A stretch of DNA of 60,923 nucleotides, the filler included, from an uncultured Clostridia bacterium (GTDB lineage Bacteria > CAYTYR01 > UBA6262): NCBI GenBank assembly GCA_964441745.1. It is 3 parts of 3 records of this genome, joined end to end, with 100 filler letters (N's around TTAATTAATTAA, not from the genome) between each part and the next. Parts side by side here need not be neighbours in the genome. Positions count along the whole stretch, not along the records: positions 26,334 to 52,422 come from CAYTYR010000024.1; positions 52,523 to 60,923 come from CAYTYR010000036.1; 1 more part is not named here. One strand, given 5' to 3'. Below the pieces are notes generated by a model. It did not search any database. It was given only the letters and a program-made list of their open reading frames with translations, and was not told the origin of the DNA. Position 1 is the first letter of the stretch, and every line of letters starts with the position of its first letter. Positions 46,251-55,784 of the stretch are shown here, in pieces. The position numbers and the translations under genes are program-made.

Positions 46251-46958
46251 TTAAAATGGATTCATCATCCGGAAAATAAACAGGGTAACGATCATACCCA
46301 GGATCGCTCCTCCGGCTGCTTCCCACCAGGTATGGATCTTAGCTCTGACCCGGCTGTGCGCAACCATGAAAGCTAACAGGAAAGCCAATAACATAATGAA
46401 ACTATTTTCTGTAGTCAGGGCGATAGCGGTACAGACACTAAAAGCTACAGCACTGTGGCCACTGGGCATACCTCCCCACAGCGGCCGTCCTTTGCCAAAA
46501 TATGCTTTGCCGATAATAACAAAAATAAAAACAATGATCAAAGAAATGAACATGATATAATCAGGAACTTCCTTGATCTTGGAAATAACCGGAACCAGGT
46601 TATGGCCCAGGTAGCGTTTGCCAAAAACAAGATAGGCCACTATTAAAGCATTGCCAGCAGTAAAAAATACGGCGCCCGCGGCTATATCCTTGGCTACTTT
46701 AGCGGCTGGATGATAGGTGTCAGTGATCAAATTCACTAAAGCTTCCACCGCGGTATTCATCATTTCTGCCAATAATACCATAACGACGGTAATGGTCAGC
46801 ATGATCACTTCTACGCGTTCCAGGCGCACAAACAAGCTAAAAAACAGGACCAGCGCCGCGATGATCAGGTGAATGCGCATGTTACGCTGGGTTTTGGTAA
46901 CATAAATAATACCTTCTATCGCCGCGTTAAAACTCTCCCAAATATCTTTTGATCTCAT
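46251..46958 (-). CDS. dgkA: diacylglycerol/undecaprenol kinase fused to a PAP2 phosphatase
   Basis: SFNAAIEGI..QRNMRIH, EMMNTAVE and AKDIAAGAV motifs; C-terminal GGMPSGH and SRV...H. Confidence 0.9.
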   Translation of the reverse strand: MRSKDIWESFNAAIEGIIYVTKTQRNMRIHLIIAALVLFFSLFVRLERVEVIMLTITVVMVLLAEMMNTAVEALVNLITDTYHPAAKVAKDIAAGAVFFTAGNALIVAYLVFGKRYLGHNLVPVISKIKEVPDYIMFISLIIVFIFVIIGKAYFGKGRPLWGGMPSGHSAVAFSVCTAIALTTENSFIMLLAFLLAFMVAHSRVRAKIHTWWEAAGGAILGMIVTLFIFRMMNPF

Positions 46959-46990
46959 TACTAATACTCCTGCGATGCAGACAGATTATT

Positions 46991-47416
46991 TCAGATGTCG
47001 ACGGATTTAAACCCGATAGCTTTAAGTATTTTCTGCTCTTCCCGTTGCATGATCTTTCTTTTCCCAGAGGACAGGTCATCATACCCGATTAAATGCAGTA
47101 TCCCATGAATTACCAAAAGAGCTATCTCGGCGCGATAACTATGCTGATACTCCCGGGCCTGATCCCGAGCGGTCTGGACACAGACAAACACATCCCCCAG
47201 CGCTACTATTGGCAGGTCGCTGACCGTCTCTATCGGAGCGGCGATGACATCGGTAGCATAGGTCCGGTTAAAAAACTTCTTATTCAAGCGGATCATCTCC
47301 GCCTGGCCGACAAAAAACACTTCCAGCTCATAATCCTTATTTGGCGGCAGATAATGACTGATAATATAGGTGGCGATCTTGTTCACTAGCCGGCGGGGAG
47401 TCTTTTCCTTTTTCAC
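46991..47416 (-). CDS. ybeY: rRNA maturation RNase YbeY
   Basis: TDVIA, LGDVFVC and HGILHLIGYDD motifs. Confidence 0.92.
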   Translation of the reverse strand: MKKEKTPRRLVNKIATYIISHYLPPNKDYELEVFFVGQAEMIRLNKKFFNRTYATDVIAAPIETVSDLPIVALGDVFVCVQTARDQAREYQHSYRAEIALLVIHGILHLIGYDDLSSGKRKIMQREEQKILKAIGFKSVDI

Positions 47417-48879
47417 TTACGCTCCTCTGCCGGATATTCTACCCGGTTATGGAACATGCCGCTAAGAACATTACAGAATTGTTCACCGATCGTATGAATA
47501 TCTTTTAAGCTCAGATCACATTCTTCCAGTTGGCCATCAATAAACTTGTTGTTGATAATACGCGTCACTAACTCCTGGATATGTCCGTAGCTTGGCTCAT
47601 CTAACATGCGTGAAGCTGCTTCTACAGCATCAGCCAGCAAAATAATGGCCGCTTCCCGGCTTTGCGGTTTGGGACCAGGATAACGGTACTGCTCTTTAGT
47701 CGCGTCTGCTTCTTCCTCTAAAGCTTTCTGATAGAAAAAATACACCAGGCTGGTTCCATGATGTTGTTCGATAATATCAATAATATCACGGCTCAGCTTG
47801 TACTGTAAGGCCAGGTCTACTCCTTCTTTGACATGGGACAAGACGATCAGGCTGCTCATACTGGGGGCCAGATCATCATGCCGGTTATGGTCATTCTGGT
47901 TTTCAATAAAGTATTCAGGCTTAGCCAGCTTGCCGATATCATGATAGTAAGCGCCCACCCTGGCTAACAGCGGATTGGCATTAACCGCGCCAGCCGCAGT
48001 CTGGGCCAGGTTGCCGACGATCAAGCTATGATGATAGGTCCCGGGAGTTTCGATCATTAATCGTTTTAACAGCGGCTGGTTAAAATCTGACAGTTCCAAT
48101 AGTTTTATGTTGCTGGAAATGCCAAACATATGTTCAAAATAAGGCAGGAATCCAATGCTTAAAACCCCGCAGAAAAAGCCGTTAATGATCCCCCACAAAG
48201 CATTATAAGCAACAACCTCAGTCCGGGTATGCTGCAACAGCGCCGTAAAACTGATAATGCCCAGGGCATTAGTCAGGCTGATGAACAAACCGGAGCGGAT
48301 CAGGTCAGATCTCTGCCTGATACTGGAAGCGCTAAAGACACCGACCAGGCCGCCCAGCAAATGTACCGCGAACAAGTTCAAATCGTTATGATAGATAATA
48401 GCGATCAGGATATCCAGCAATACGGTTATTAAGATAGCCAGGTCAATATCCACCAGGATGGTCATCAGGATAGCCACCATGCCTAAAGGAATAAGATACC
48501 CGCTCAATCCTATCACATTAAAGATCTTCGCCAGGGCAATGACCAGAATGCTGACTAATTGCAGGATGATCAGGTCGTTATTGGACTCAAAAATATGCCG
48601 GGCATAACGATACAGGTAAAATCCCAACAGTACTATAAAACCTAAGACAATAAAGAAATATCCGGTAATCTGCCGAAGATCCTTTTCCTGGAAACTGGAA
48701 AGCAGGACCAGGATCGCCAGCAAAGTGAAACAGACAAAAAGCCAGCGGGGCGCAGTTAAAGGAGTTAAAAAAATATTCCTGGTTTCCGTGGAAAGATGTT
48801 TCCTGCGCAGCTGCCAGTGCCTGCTTCTTCTGAGCAGCGCCAGCAATATTCTCCTGAATAACGTATGCCAATCAACCAT
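47413..48879 (-). CDS. membrane HDIG/HD phosphohydrolase (PgpH-like), lacking the large extracellular domain
   Basis: Multiple TMs; PGTYHHS, YYHDIGK, QHHGT, YRYPGPKP and LADAVEAA motifs; sits between phoH and ybeY. Confidence 0.9.
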   Translation of the reverse strand: MVDWHTLFRRILLALLRRSRHWQLRRKHLSTETRNIFLTPLTAPRWLFVCFTLLAILVLLSSFQEKDLRQITGYFFIVLGFIVLLGFYLYRYARHIFESNNDLIILQLVSILVIALAKIFNVIGLSGYLIPLGMVAILMTILVDIDLAILITVLLDILIAIIYHNDLNLFAVHLLGGLVGVFSASSIRQRSDLIRSGLFISLTNALGIISFTALLQHTRTEVVAYNALWGIINGFFCGVLSIGFLPYFEHMFGISSNIKLLELSDFNQPLLKRLMIETPGTYHHSLIVGNLAQTAAGAVNANPLLARVGAYYHDIGKLAKPEYFIENQNDHNRHDDLAPSMSSLIVLSHVKEGVDLALQYKLSRDIIDIIEQHHGTSLVYFFYQKALEEEADATKEQYRYPGPKPQSREAAIILLADAVEAASRMLDEPSYGHIQELVTRIINNKFIDGQLEECDLSLKDIHTIGEQFCNVLSGMFHNRVEYPAEERK

Positions 48880-49868
48880 TACTTTGTTCCCCTGGCTATA
48901 TTTTCTTCGAATTCATCGTAAGCCTTAATGATCTTTTTCACCAGCACATGGCGAACCACGTCCCGGCCGGTAAAGTCAACAAATTTGATGCCGGAGATCC
49001 CTTTCAGGATGTGCCTGATCTGGACCAGGCCGCTCTGCTTCTTGTTCTGCAGGTCGATTTGGGTAATATCGCCGACGATTACCGTAGTGGTTTCAAAACC
49101 GATCCGGGTTAAAAACATTTTCATCTGTTCCGGATTGGTGTTCTGGGCTTCATCCAGCACGATAAAAGCATCATTCAAAGTCCGGCCGCGCATATAAGCC
49201 AAAGGAACTATTTCAATCACTCCTTCATCGCGGAGATGATGAAATTCTTCTGCTCCCATGATTTCGTAGAAAGCATCATACAACGGCCGCAGGTAGGGAT
49301 CTACTTTATCATAAAGATCGCCGGGCAAGAATCCCAGCTTTTCCCCTGCTTCCACTACCGGCCGGGTGAGAATGATCCGGAACACTTTCTCCGCCCGTAA
49401 AGCGGCAATGGCCATGGCTACGGCCAGGTAAGTTTTACCGGTGCCGGCCGGGCCGATGCCAAACACCATGTCATACTTTTTTATCGCCTGCACATACTTT
49501 TTCTGGTTTTTACTGCGCGGCGCGATCTTTTTACCTTTGATCGTATAACATATGCTATCTTCATCATCCTTATCAGGCACTGCTGTTTTAGCTTCTGTTT
49601 TATCAGTATAAAATTGCGAATTATTCACAATATTGCGGAACCCTTTACGGTCGATCCGGTAGCCGCGGCGGACCTGCTCAGATAATTCCTGGACCATCCG
49701 GTAGGCCTGGCTCACTTTGGCCTTCTGCCCTTTAATCATCAAGGTATTCCCATAAGTTACCAGGCTAACATCAAACTCATTCTCGATCAGGCGCAGGTTT
49801 TCATCCTGCGGCCCGAAAACATTGAGCATCTCTTCATTGTCTTGCAGATATACTGTTTTAGTAACCAT
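48879..49868 (-). CDS. phoH: PhoH family ATPase
   Basis: GPAGTGKT, LGFLPGD, PLAYMRGRT, DEAQN and GDITQIDL motifs. Confidence 0.96.
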   Translation of the reverse strand: MVTKTVYLQDNEEMLNVFGPQDENLRLIENEFDVSLVTYGNTLMIKGQKAKVSQAYRMVQELSEQVRRGYRIDRKGFRNIVNNSQFYTDKTEAKTAVPDKDDEDSICYTIKGKKIAPRSKNQKKYVQAIKKYDMVFGIGPAGTGKTYLAVAMAIAALRAEKVFRIILTRPVVEAGEKLGFLPGDLYDKVDPYLRPLYDAFYEIMGAEEFHHLRDEGVIEIVPLAYMRGRTLNDAFIVLDEAQNTNPEQMKMFLTRIGFETTTVIVGDITQIDLQNKKQSGLVQIRHILKGISGIKFVDFTGRDVVRHVLVKKIIKAYDEFEENIARGTK

Positions 49869-50412
49869 AACGCCGCCCTATATGTATTCTAACCTTCTTA
49901 ATAGTCTTTCCAATTGCTTTGAACTCTTCGTGAGTAAAAATATCACTTTTTGCATTATTACAGATATAACATGCCAAGACCCATTTCCCAGCAGAATATT
50001 CTTCGTTAAACTTTCTATCCAGTTCTAATGATTTCCCTCTCTTCCCATTTCTAAAACCTTCTTCTCTAATTAGTCCCGGCTTTTTACAATATTCACATAC
50101 TCCTTTTTGTTTAATTAGCTGCTCTTTATATCGTTTAAAAAACTCTAACTTCTTTTTAGGAACAATTGGTATCCGATTACACTTAATATAAATACTTTCC
50201 GGAATAATCAACAAATTTGCTAGTATTCTACTATTTGCCTTATTTTGATTTTTATAAATTTTATATACTAAATCATCAAGCCCTTTCCATTGATTCTTCC
50301 TTTTAATCTTATTTATATATTTTATTATGTTCCTCTCGTAATTGGTATCCCTTTTATCTGTTTTACATAAACCGTCAAAAGGCACTTTAATTCGCATTTT
50401 TTTATGAGTCAT
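49858..50412 (-). CDS. HNH-like zinc-binding endonuclease-fold protein (AT-rich)
   Basis: CEYC...LELDRK...VLACYICNNAKSD. Confidence 0.65.
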   Translation of the reverse strand: MTHKKMRIKVPFDGLCKTDKRDTNYERNIIKYINKIKRKNQWKGLDDLVYKIYKNQNKANSRILANLLIIPESIYIKCNRIPIVPKKKLEFFKRYKEQLIKQKGVCEYCKKPGLIREEGFRNGKRGKSLELDRKFNEEYSAGKWVLACYICNNAKSDIFTHEEFKAIGKTIKKVRIHIGRRYGY

Positions 50413-50426
50413 ATAAATTTTATCTT

Positions 50427-51689
50427 CTAATCTTTATAACCTATTCTCTTCACTTTTATAGGCTGTAACTGGATACTTCCGTCTTTATTAATGAATTTTA
50501 ATCTGCCAGTAACTATTACCCAATCATTTCTCACTATATTACCAGCATTATCCCAGACATCATCGCCACCTTCATAACCAGAAATTACTACTTTTCTCTT
50601 AAAGTTATCTTCTAAGAAACAGTTTTTATCATGCCATTGACCAACAATCCCAGAATCCATAAAATCTGAGTTCTCAAATCTCATTCTCCATGTTGTTACC
50701 GCTCCCTTCGAGGCATCTTCATTATTTCTAAAATTAAGCCATTCTTTATCTGCTTCCTCTGGGGATCTTAATATATACCATTTGGCTTCTTCTTTTTTTC
50801 GTTTTTCTTCAGCGATTTTCTCTGCTTTAATCCTTGCTTTTTCTTTAGCCTCTTCTATTTCTCTTTGCTTTTCATTTTCCTTTTCAATTTCCAACCTTTT
50901 TGCTTCAGCGACAGCCTCTTCTTGCTTCTGAACTGTCAAATTCTTTTCGCTGGATAAAATAACCCTTTTTAGAGTAATAACATCCCCAAGCGAGGCAGGC
51001 TCATCCCATTCATCTATTAGTATTTCTCTAGTGCCATTATCTTTTACTTTAGTTATAAGGTCTTGCCTCTTTATATCTCCTATGCTATTAGTTATCTCGA
51101 CGTTATATTTAACCGCAAACGGCATGACTTGGGCTACTTGAACCCCTTTATAGAAGTTATCTAAATCTTCTTGATTAATATCAGCAAAATTGCATGTTAT
51201 TTCCCTTACTGACTCAGTTAGGTTAGGTATCGAGTTTGTAAAATACCCTTGACTATTGGTATAAATATTATATTCCCTATCTAACACTGATACTTTAAAA
51301 TTCCGGTTTACTATAGGAGCTTCCGCCTCATTTACGAGCTGTCCTGAAATAATTAGATGCGCCTCATATTTTGAATCATACGAAAATATTCCATCATATA
51401 GTGTTTGAAATGGTAATAAAGCCAAATCATACATTGGGAAAATAGGGAGTATAAAATATAAAGGACCGCCCCCCATATCACTTGAGAAACAGAACTTGAA
51501 CGCTGGGAAAGATTTTGTTTTTAATATATTCCAAGAATTATATGTATTCTTTGTAAGGGTATATTCTTTAACAATTGAACTCCTTGTGTTATTTTCAGCA
51601 TATCTTTCCTGAATACTTGCGCAGCCAGTGAATATCAAAACTATTGTAATTAATAGCAATATAATAAAGTTCTTATATTTAAAATCCAT
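50427..51689 (-). CDS. hypothetical lipoprotein with a coiled coil and possible C-terminal OB-like domain (AT-rich)
   Basis: Lipobox IFTGC, a K/E-rich coil and DWVIVTGRL. Confidence 0.7.
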   Translation of the reverse strand: MDFKYKNFIILLLITIVLIFTGCASIQERYAENNTRSSIVKEYTLTKNTYNSWNILKTKSFPAFKFCFSSDMGGGPLYFILPIFPMYDLALLPFQTLYDGIFSYDSKYEAHLIISGQLVNEAEAPIVNRNFKVSVLDREYNIYTNSQGYFTNSIPNLTESVREITCNFADINQEDLDNFYKGVQVAQVMPFAVKYNVEITNSIGDIKRQDLITKVKDNGTREILIDEWDEPASLGDVITLKRVILSSEKNLTVQKQEEAVAEAKRLEIEKENEKQREIEEAKEKARIKAEKIAEEKRKKEEAKWYILRSPEEADKEWLNFRNNEDASKGAVTTWRMRFENSDFMDSGIVGQWHDKNCFLEDNFKRKVVISGYEGGDDVWDNAGNIVRNDWVIVTGRLKFINKDGSIQLQPIKVKRIGYKD

Positions 51690-51779
51690 GACACCCTCTT
51701 ATACAGTTTTTTTCTACTAAACCTATAGCATCTATTCCTTCGCACATAATAAATAGTTTTGAAATGATTATATCGAAAT

Positions 51780-52422
51780 CTATATTCTTCTTTCCAATAA
51801 TTTCTTCTGATCTGCCTCGAATACACTTCTATTTGCATTTTTCCAATTAAACTCTTTGAAAATATCTATAGTAAAATCAAGGGCCAATTCGGTTGGGATT
51901 TTAACTATTTCATCAGCTTTAAATATTCTCTTTTCAGTAATTGGCTGATATCTGCATATATAAGTTTGGAATAAATGCCGATTAAATTCTTCCCAGAAAA
52001 ATAAAACTCTATTTTCTACATTATCTAATTCGATAGATATTTCAATCTCTTTTCCAAAACCTACTTTTTTGGCCAGATTAGCCGCAAATAGATAGATTTC
52101 AGTTACCGAATAAAGGGCACTTATAACACTAAGATATCTATCAAATACATTCTCAGCCCTCAAAGATCGACTAGCTCTTTCTTTATCTTGTTTCGTCATT
52201 CTGTAATCTTCTAACATTGAAAAATAATGCACAAATTGCCCATTCTGATAAAATTTCCAATATTCATAGATTCCCCCATCTTCCCAATCACAGAAAGATG
52301 AAACACTGTCTGGGCCACTTCGTACCACTCCTGCTTGGCTATCAATATGAGGGTAATCCCACCCACGCAAAACAATTTTAGAATCTTCTATTATTTTGGC
52401 ACATTCATCCTTATTTATTATT
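51780..52422 (-). CDS. hypothetical protein, partial (frame open into the gap)
   Basis: ...KDECAKIIEDSKIVLRGWDYPHID...EYWKFYQNGQF; AT-rich. Confidence 0.7.
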
Positions 52423-52522
52423 NNNNNNNNNNNNNNNNNNNNNNNNNNNNNNNNNNNNNNNNNNNNTTAATTAATTAANNNNNNNNNNNNNNNNNNNNNN
52501 NNNNNNNNNNNNNNNNNNNNNN
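52423..52522. other. artificial contig linker (N44-TTAATTAATTAA-N44)
   Basis: Same cassette as 26234-26333. Confidence 0.98.
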
Positions 52523-52681
52523 TCGGTTTCGTTGAAGGCCTTAACAACAAAATCCGTGTCTTTCAACGAAGAGCCTACGGTTTAAAAGATCAAGAGTATC
52601 TGCGGCTAAAAGTCTTAACCTGTATGTTACCAGAAATCAATGAAAATCCTTGAATTTTACCCACTCACTTTGGAGAAGACC
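52523..52681 (+). mobile_element. 3' end of an ISL3-family insertion sequence (transposase C-terminus and right terminal repeat)
   Basis: Frame reads GFVEGLNNKIRVFQRRAYGLKDQEYLRLKVLTCML...stop at 52651-52653, followed by ...ccactcactttggagaagacc, typical of ISL3 ends. Confidence 0.85.
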
Positions 52682-52751
52682 CGTTAATCTTAGCTTCATT
52701 TTTACTGCTCCTTTTAAATCTTTACAGAATCAACCCTTCGACTTTACCGGG

Positions 52752-52786
52752 TTTTGCCATAAGCCATACGCTATTTGCCATATGCG
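52752..52786. repeat. single family B-like heptamer arm overlapping the mtnA stop
   Basis: ttttgccataagccatacgctatttgccatatgcg. Confidence 0.7.
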
Positions 52787-53814
52787 ATTTTATTCAGGTT
52801 CTTTAAATACGGTTTTTTTACTATCCCCTGCTCGGTAATAATAGCCGTGATATATCTATGCGGGGTCACATCAAAAGCTGGATTTTTCACTTTAATACCG
52901 GCTGGCGCGATCATTTTGCCGGCGATCATGGTAACTTCGTCACCTGAACGTTCTTCAATAATGATCTCCTGCCCTGTCTTCTTCTGCAGGTCAATAGTCG
53001 AAAGTGGAGCAGCAATATAAAAAGGAATACGGTTTTCTTTGGCCAAAACCGCCAAGGCATAGGTACCGATCTTATTGGCGGTATCGCCGTTAGCGGCGAC
53101 GCAATCAGCGCCGGTAATAATACAATCAACTTCTCCGCGGGAAATAAAATGCCCGGCCATGTTATCGCTGATCAGGTAGAACGGTATCTTTTCTTCCTTC
53201 AATTCCCAGGCAGTCAGACGCGACCCCTGTAGATAGGGACGTGTTTCATCTACCAGCACGCTGATTTTCTTGCCGCGCTTGTGTGCTTCACGTATCACCC
53301 CTAGCGCAGTGCCATACCCGGCTGTAGCCAAAGCTCCGGCATTACAGTGAGTAAGGATCCGGGCTCCCCTGGGGATCAGTTTCTCGCCATGCCTTGCCAT
53401 CTTTTTGTTAATAAGCACATCTTCATTCAAAATCTGCCGGGCTTTTTTCTCTAATAAAGTTTTAATACTGCTGATATCCCGGGTTTTCAGCTTTTCCAGC
53501 TGATTCAACATTTGCCGTATCGCCCAGGCCAGGTTTATCGCTGTTGGCCTGGCAGCTGTTAATTCTTCTGCCGCTTTTTGGATTTGGGCCATAAAGTACC
53601 GCTTATTACCGGTATTTTGTCTCCAGGCGGCCAGGGCCAGGCCAAAAGCTGCCGCCACGCCTATCGCCGGGGCACCCCGGATATTCATTTTTTTGATGAC
53701 CTGGACAACCTGCGGCCAATCCCGGCAGGCAATATACTTTTTTTGCTGTGGCAGCTTTAACTGGTCCAGCACATATAAAACATGATTCTTATAATACAGC
53801 GTTTTTACACGCAT
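52771..53814 (-). CDS. mtnA: S-methyl-5-thioribose-1-phosphate isomerase
   Basis: IRGAPAIG, ARPTAINL, THCNAGALAT, ETRPYLQG, NKIGT and NPAFDVTP motifs. GGAG RBS before the ATG at 53814. Confidence 0.95.
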   Translation of the reverse strand: MRVKTLYYKNHVLYVLDQLKLPQQKKYIACRDWPQVVQVIKKMNIRGAPAIGVAAAFGLALAAWRQNTGNKRYFMAQIQKAAEELTAARPTAINLAWAIRQMLNQLEKLKTRDISSIKTLLEKKARQILNEDVLINKKMARHGEKLIPRGARILTHCNAGALATAGYGTALGVIREAHKRGKKISVLVDETRPYLQGSRLTAWELKEEKIPFYLISDNMAGHFISRGEVDCIITGADCVAANGDTANKIGTYALAVLAKENRIPFYIAAPLSTIDLQKKTGQEIIIEERSGDEVTMIAGKMIAPAGIKVKNPAFDVTPHRYITAIITEQGIVKKPYLKNLNKIAYGK

Positions 53815-53877
53815 TAATATTCTCTCCGATTTAAATCCGCGGAATCTTCTTCTGAAATCCGCGGAATCTGGCAATTT

Positions 53878-54846
53878 TTAAAAATAGTAAGCGATACCAA
53901 CAGTAACAAAATAGCTTTGGGTGGAAATATTATCGTCAACATCGAAAACAAGGTCAGCTAAGGATGGATCATAAGAAATCTGGTGTTGACTGCCATTAGT
54001 ATCGAATTTTTGGTACTGACCGGCAGTTTGCAGGGACCATTGGCTGGCAAACTGCCATGCGGCGTCACCTTTAAAGATATAGGCAGTGCCATGACCTTCT
54101 CCTGTGCTCAATTTTTGTCTAATGACATGGTCATCCCGATCCGTGGCTTTAGCCCAGGGAGAATAACCGAAGCCGGCATTAAAAATAACCTTATCTATTT
54201 CTCCGCTGATCAAACCGACTCCCAGGTAAATAGCTTCATACCTGACGTTATAGTCTAAGGTCTTGGTATTGACCGAAGCAGTTTCAGAGCTATATGGGCC
54301 ATACCCTACCTGTACCGTATTATAGATCCGGTATTTATATTTATACACCTGGTAGCCGGCTAGCGGGCCAAAGCTTATTTTCTGATTCGGGTACATATTG
54401 TAAAGGTAATCGAACGCATAAATTTCAGCCCTGAGCTCAGAATCTGACTCAGAATAAACATCTAAGCCGTCATGATTATCATCATCGATCCAATCGGAAT
54501 CTTTCATCTTGCCCGCATCCTGGCTGATATTGGTAAGATAAGTAAAGGAGAAGCGCGCAGTCTCATTCAGATCGCCAGCTGATTTCTTATATCCTAATAT
54601 GCCTTTAACACCCCAAACCGGCACATCCAGCGGAAATTCCAGCTCACTGGCCCCGCCGCTGAAATTAATACGATATTTAGTATGCCCTTGCAGGAATCCA
54701 GAATGCAGAGCCAAACCCTTGGCCGTAAACATCGGCGGCGACTGACTTTGCCAATCTGAATCCAATTCTTCAGACCAACCCAGATCATATGCCAGCAGCA
54801 GCAAGGCTGAAACCAGTATCGTCAATCCCCTGTTAAATTTATGCAT
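53878..54846 (-). CDS. omptin-family outer-membrane protease
   Basis: SELEFPLD, GKMKDSDW (D-x-D) and DRDDH (D-x-H) motifs; C-terminal YYF. Confidence 0.8.
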   Translation of the reverse strand: MHKFNRGLTILVSALLLLAYDLGWSEELDSDWQSQSPPMFTAKGLALHSGFLQGHTKYRINFSGGASELEFPLDVPVWGVKGILGYKKSAGDLNETARFSFTYLTNISQDAGKMKDSDWIDDDNHDGLDVYSESDSELRAEIYAFDYLYNMYPNQKISFGPLAGYQVYKYKYRIYNTVQVGYGPYSSETASVNTKTLDYNVRYEAIYLGVGLISGEIDKVIFNAGFGYSPWAKATDRDDHVIRQKLSTGEGHGTAYIFKGDAAWQFASQWSLQTAGQYQKFDTNGSQHQISYDPSLADLVFDVDDNISTQSYFVTVGIAYYF

Positions 54847-54847
54847 A

Positions 54848-55654
54848 TCACCTTCCTAATTCTTTGGCCCGGCGTTTCGCTTTCTGGATCGCTTCAACGA
54901 TAACAGCGGCAAAATGATGCTGTTTCATGTGTCTCAGCGCCGCCTCAGTCGTGCCTCCCGGGGAGGTGACCCGGTCCCGCAATACGGCCGGGGTATCTTT
55001 GCCTTCGATCACCATTTTGGCGGAACCGAAAACAGTTTGTTTTACCAGTTCTTCACTGACATCCCTGGATAAACCAGCTTTCATCGCCGCCTTGATCATA
55101 TCTTCCATAACTTCAAAGATATAGGCCGGGCCGCTGCCGGAAACTGCCGTGACCGCGTTCATCAAAGGTTCCGGCACAACAACTGTTTTACCTATATTGC
55201 GGAATATTTTTTCAGCCAACGACAGATGCTGCTTCTTGGCGAACTTTCCTTTACAAATGGCGGACATACCTGTAGAGACGATCACGGCTAAATTTGGCAT
55301 GACCCGGACCACAGGCGCATGACCAAGATAATACTCTATATGGCCGGTAGAAATACCAGCCGCCACTGAAATCACCAGTTTCTTGGTACCCACGACTTTT
55401 GATATTTTTTGTAAGATCCGGTCGAAATCTTTAGGTTTGACTGCCAAGATGATCAGATCAGCCTTTTTAGCCAGCTCATTGCTGGGACAGATACTTTTGA
55501 TTTTGAGCTCTTTTTTAAGCTGCGCTACCTTTTTCTTATCTTTGTCACAAACAAATACATTTTCCTTTTTGAACAATTTATTTTTGATCAGTCCTTTAGC
55601 AATAGTCCCGCCCATATTCCCGCAGCCTATTACCCCTATTTTTTTGTTGATCAT
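54848..55654 (-). CDS. proC: pyrroline-5-carboxylate reductase
   Basis: GCGNMG, LAVKP, RVMPN, SGSGPAY and VTSPGGTT motifs. Confidence 0.97.
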   Translation of the reverse strand: MINKKIGVIGCGNMGGTIAKGLIKNKLFKKENVFVCDKDKKKVAQLKKELKIKSICPSNELAKKADLIILAVKPKDFDRILQKISKVVGTKKLVISVAAGISTGHIEYYLGHAPVVRVMPNLAVIVSTGMSAICKGKFAKKQHLSLAEKIFRNIGKTVVVPEPLMNAVTAVSGSGPAYIFEVMEDMIKAAMKAGLSRDVSEELVKQTVFGSAKMVIEGKDTPAVLRDRVTSPGGTTEAALRHMKQHHFAAVIVEAIQKAKRRAKELGR

Positions 55655-55670
55655 ATTCAACTCCTATTCG

Positions 55671-55780
55671 AAAAGCAGTTTTGAGTTATAAGTTTTAAGT
55701 TTTGAGTTAAGGTAAATTAATATTATTAAAGCATTTCACCATAATTCAAAACTCAAAATTCAAAACTCAACACTGTTTTT
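55671..55780. repeat. inverted heptamer-repeat element, family C (TTTTGAG/CTCAAAA)
   Basis: aaaagcagttttgagttataagttttaagttttgagtt paired with aattcaaaactcaaaattcaaaactcaacactgttttt. Confidence 0.85.
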
Positions 55781-55784
55781 AAAA

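Noticed and set aside
10336..55780. Repeat arrays as a possible CRISPR or diversity-generating retroelement
   Set aside because: Units are 7-9 nt tandem repeats without unique 30-40 nt spacers. No cas or reverse transcriptase gene and no template/variable repeat pair was seen.
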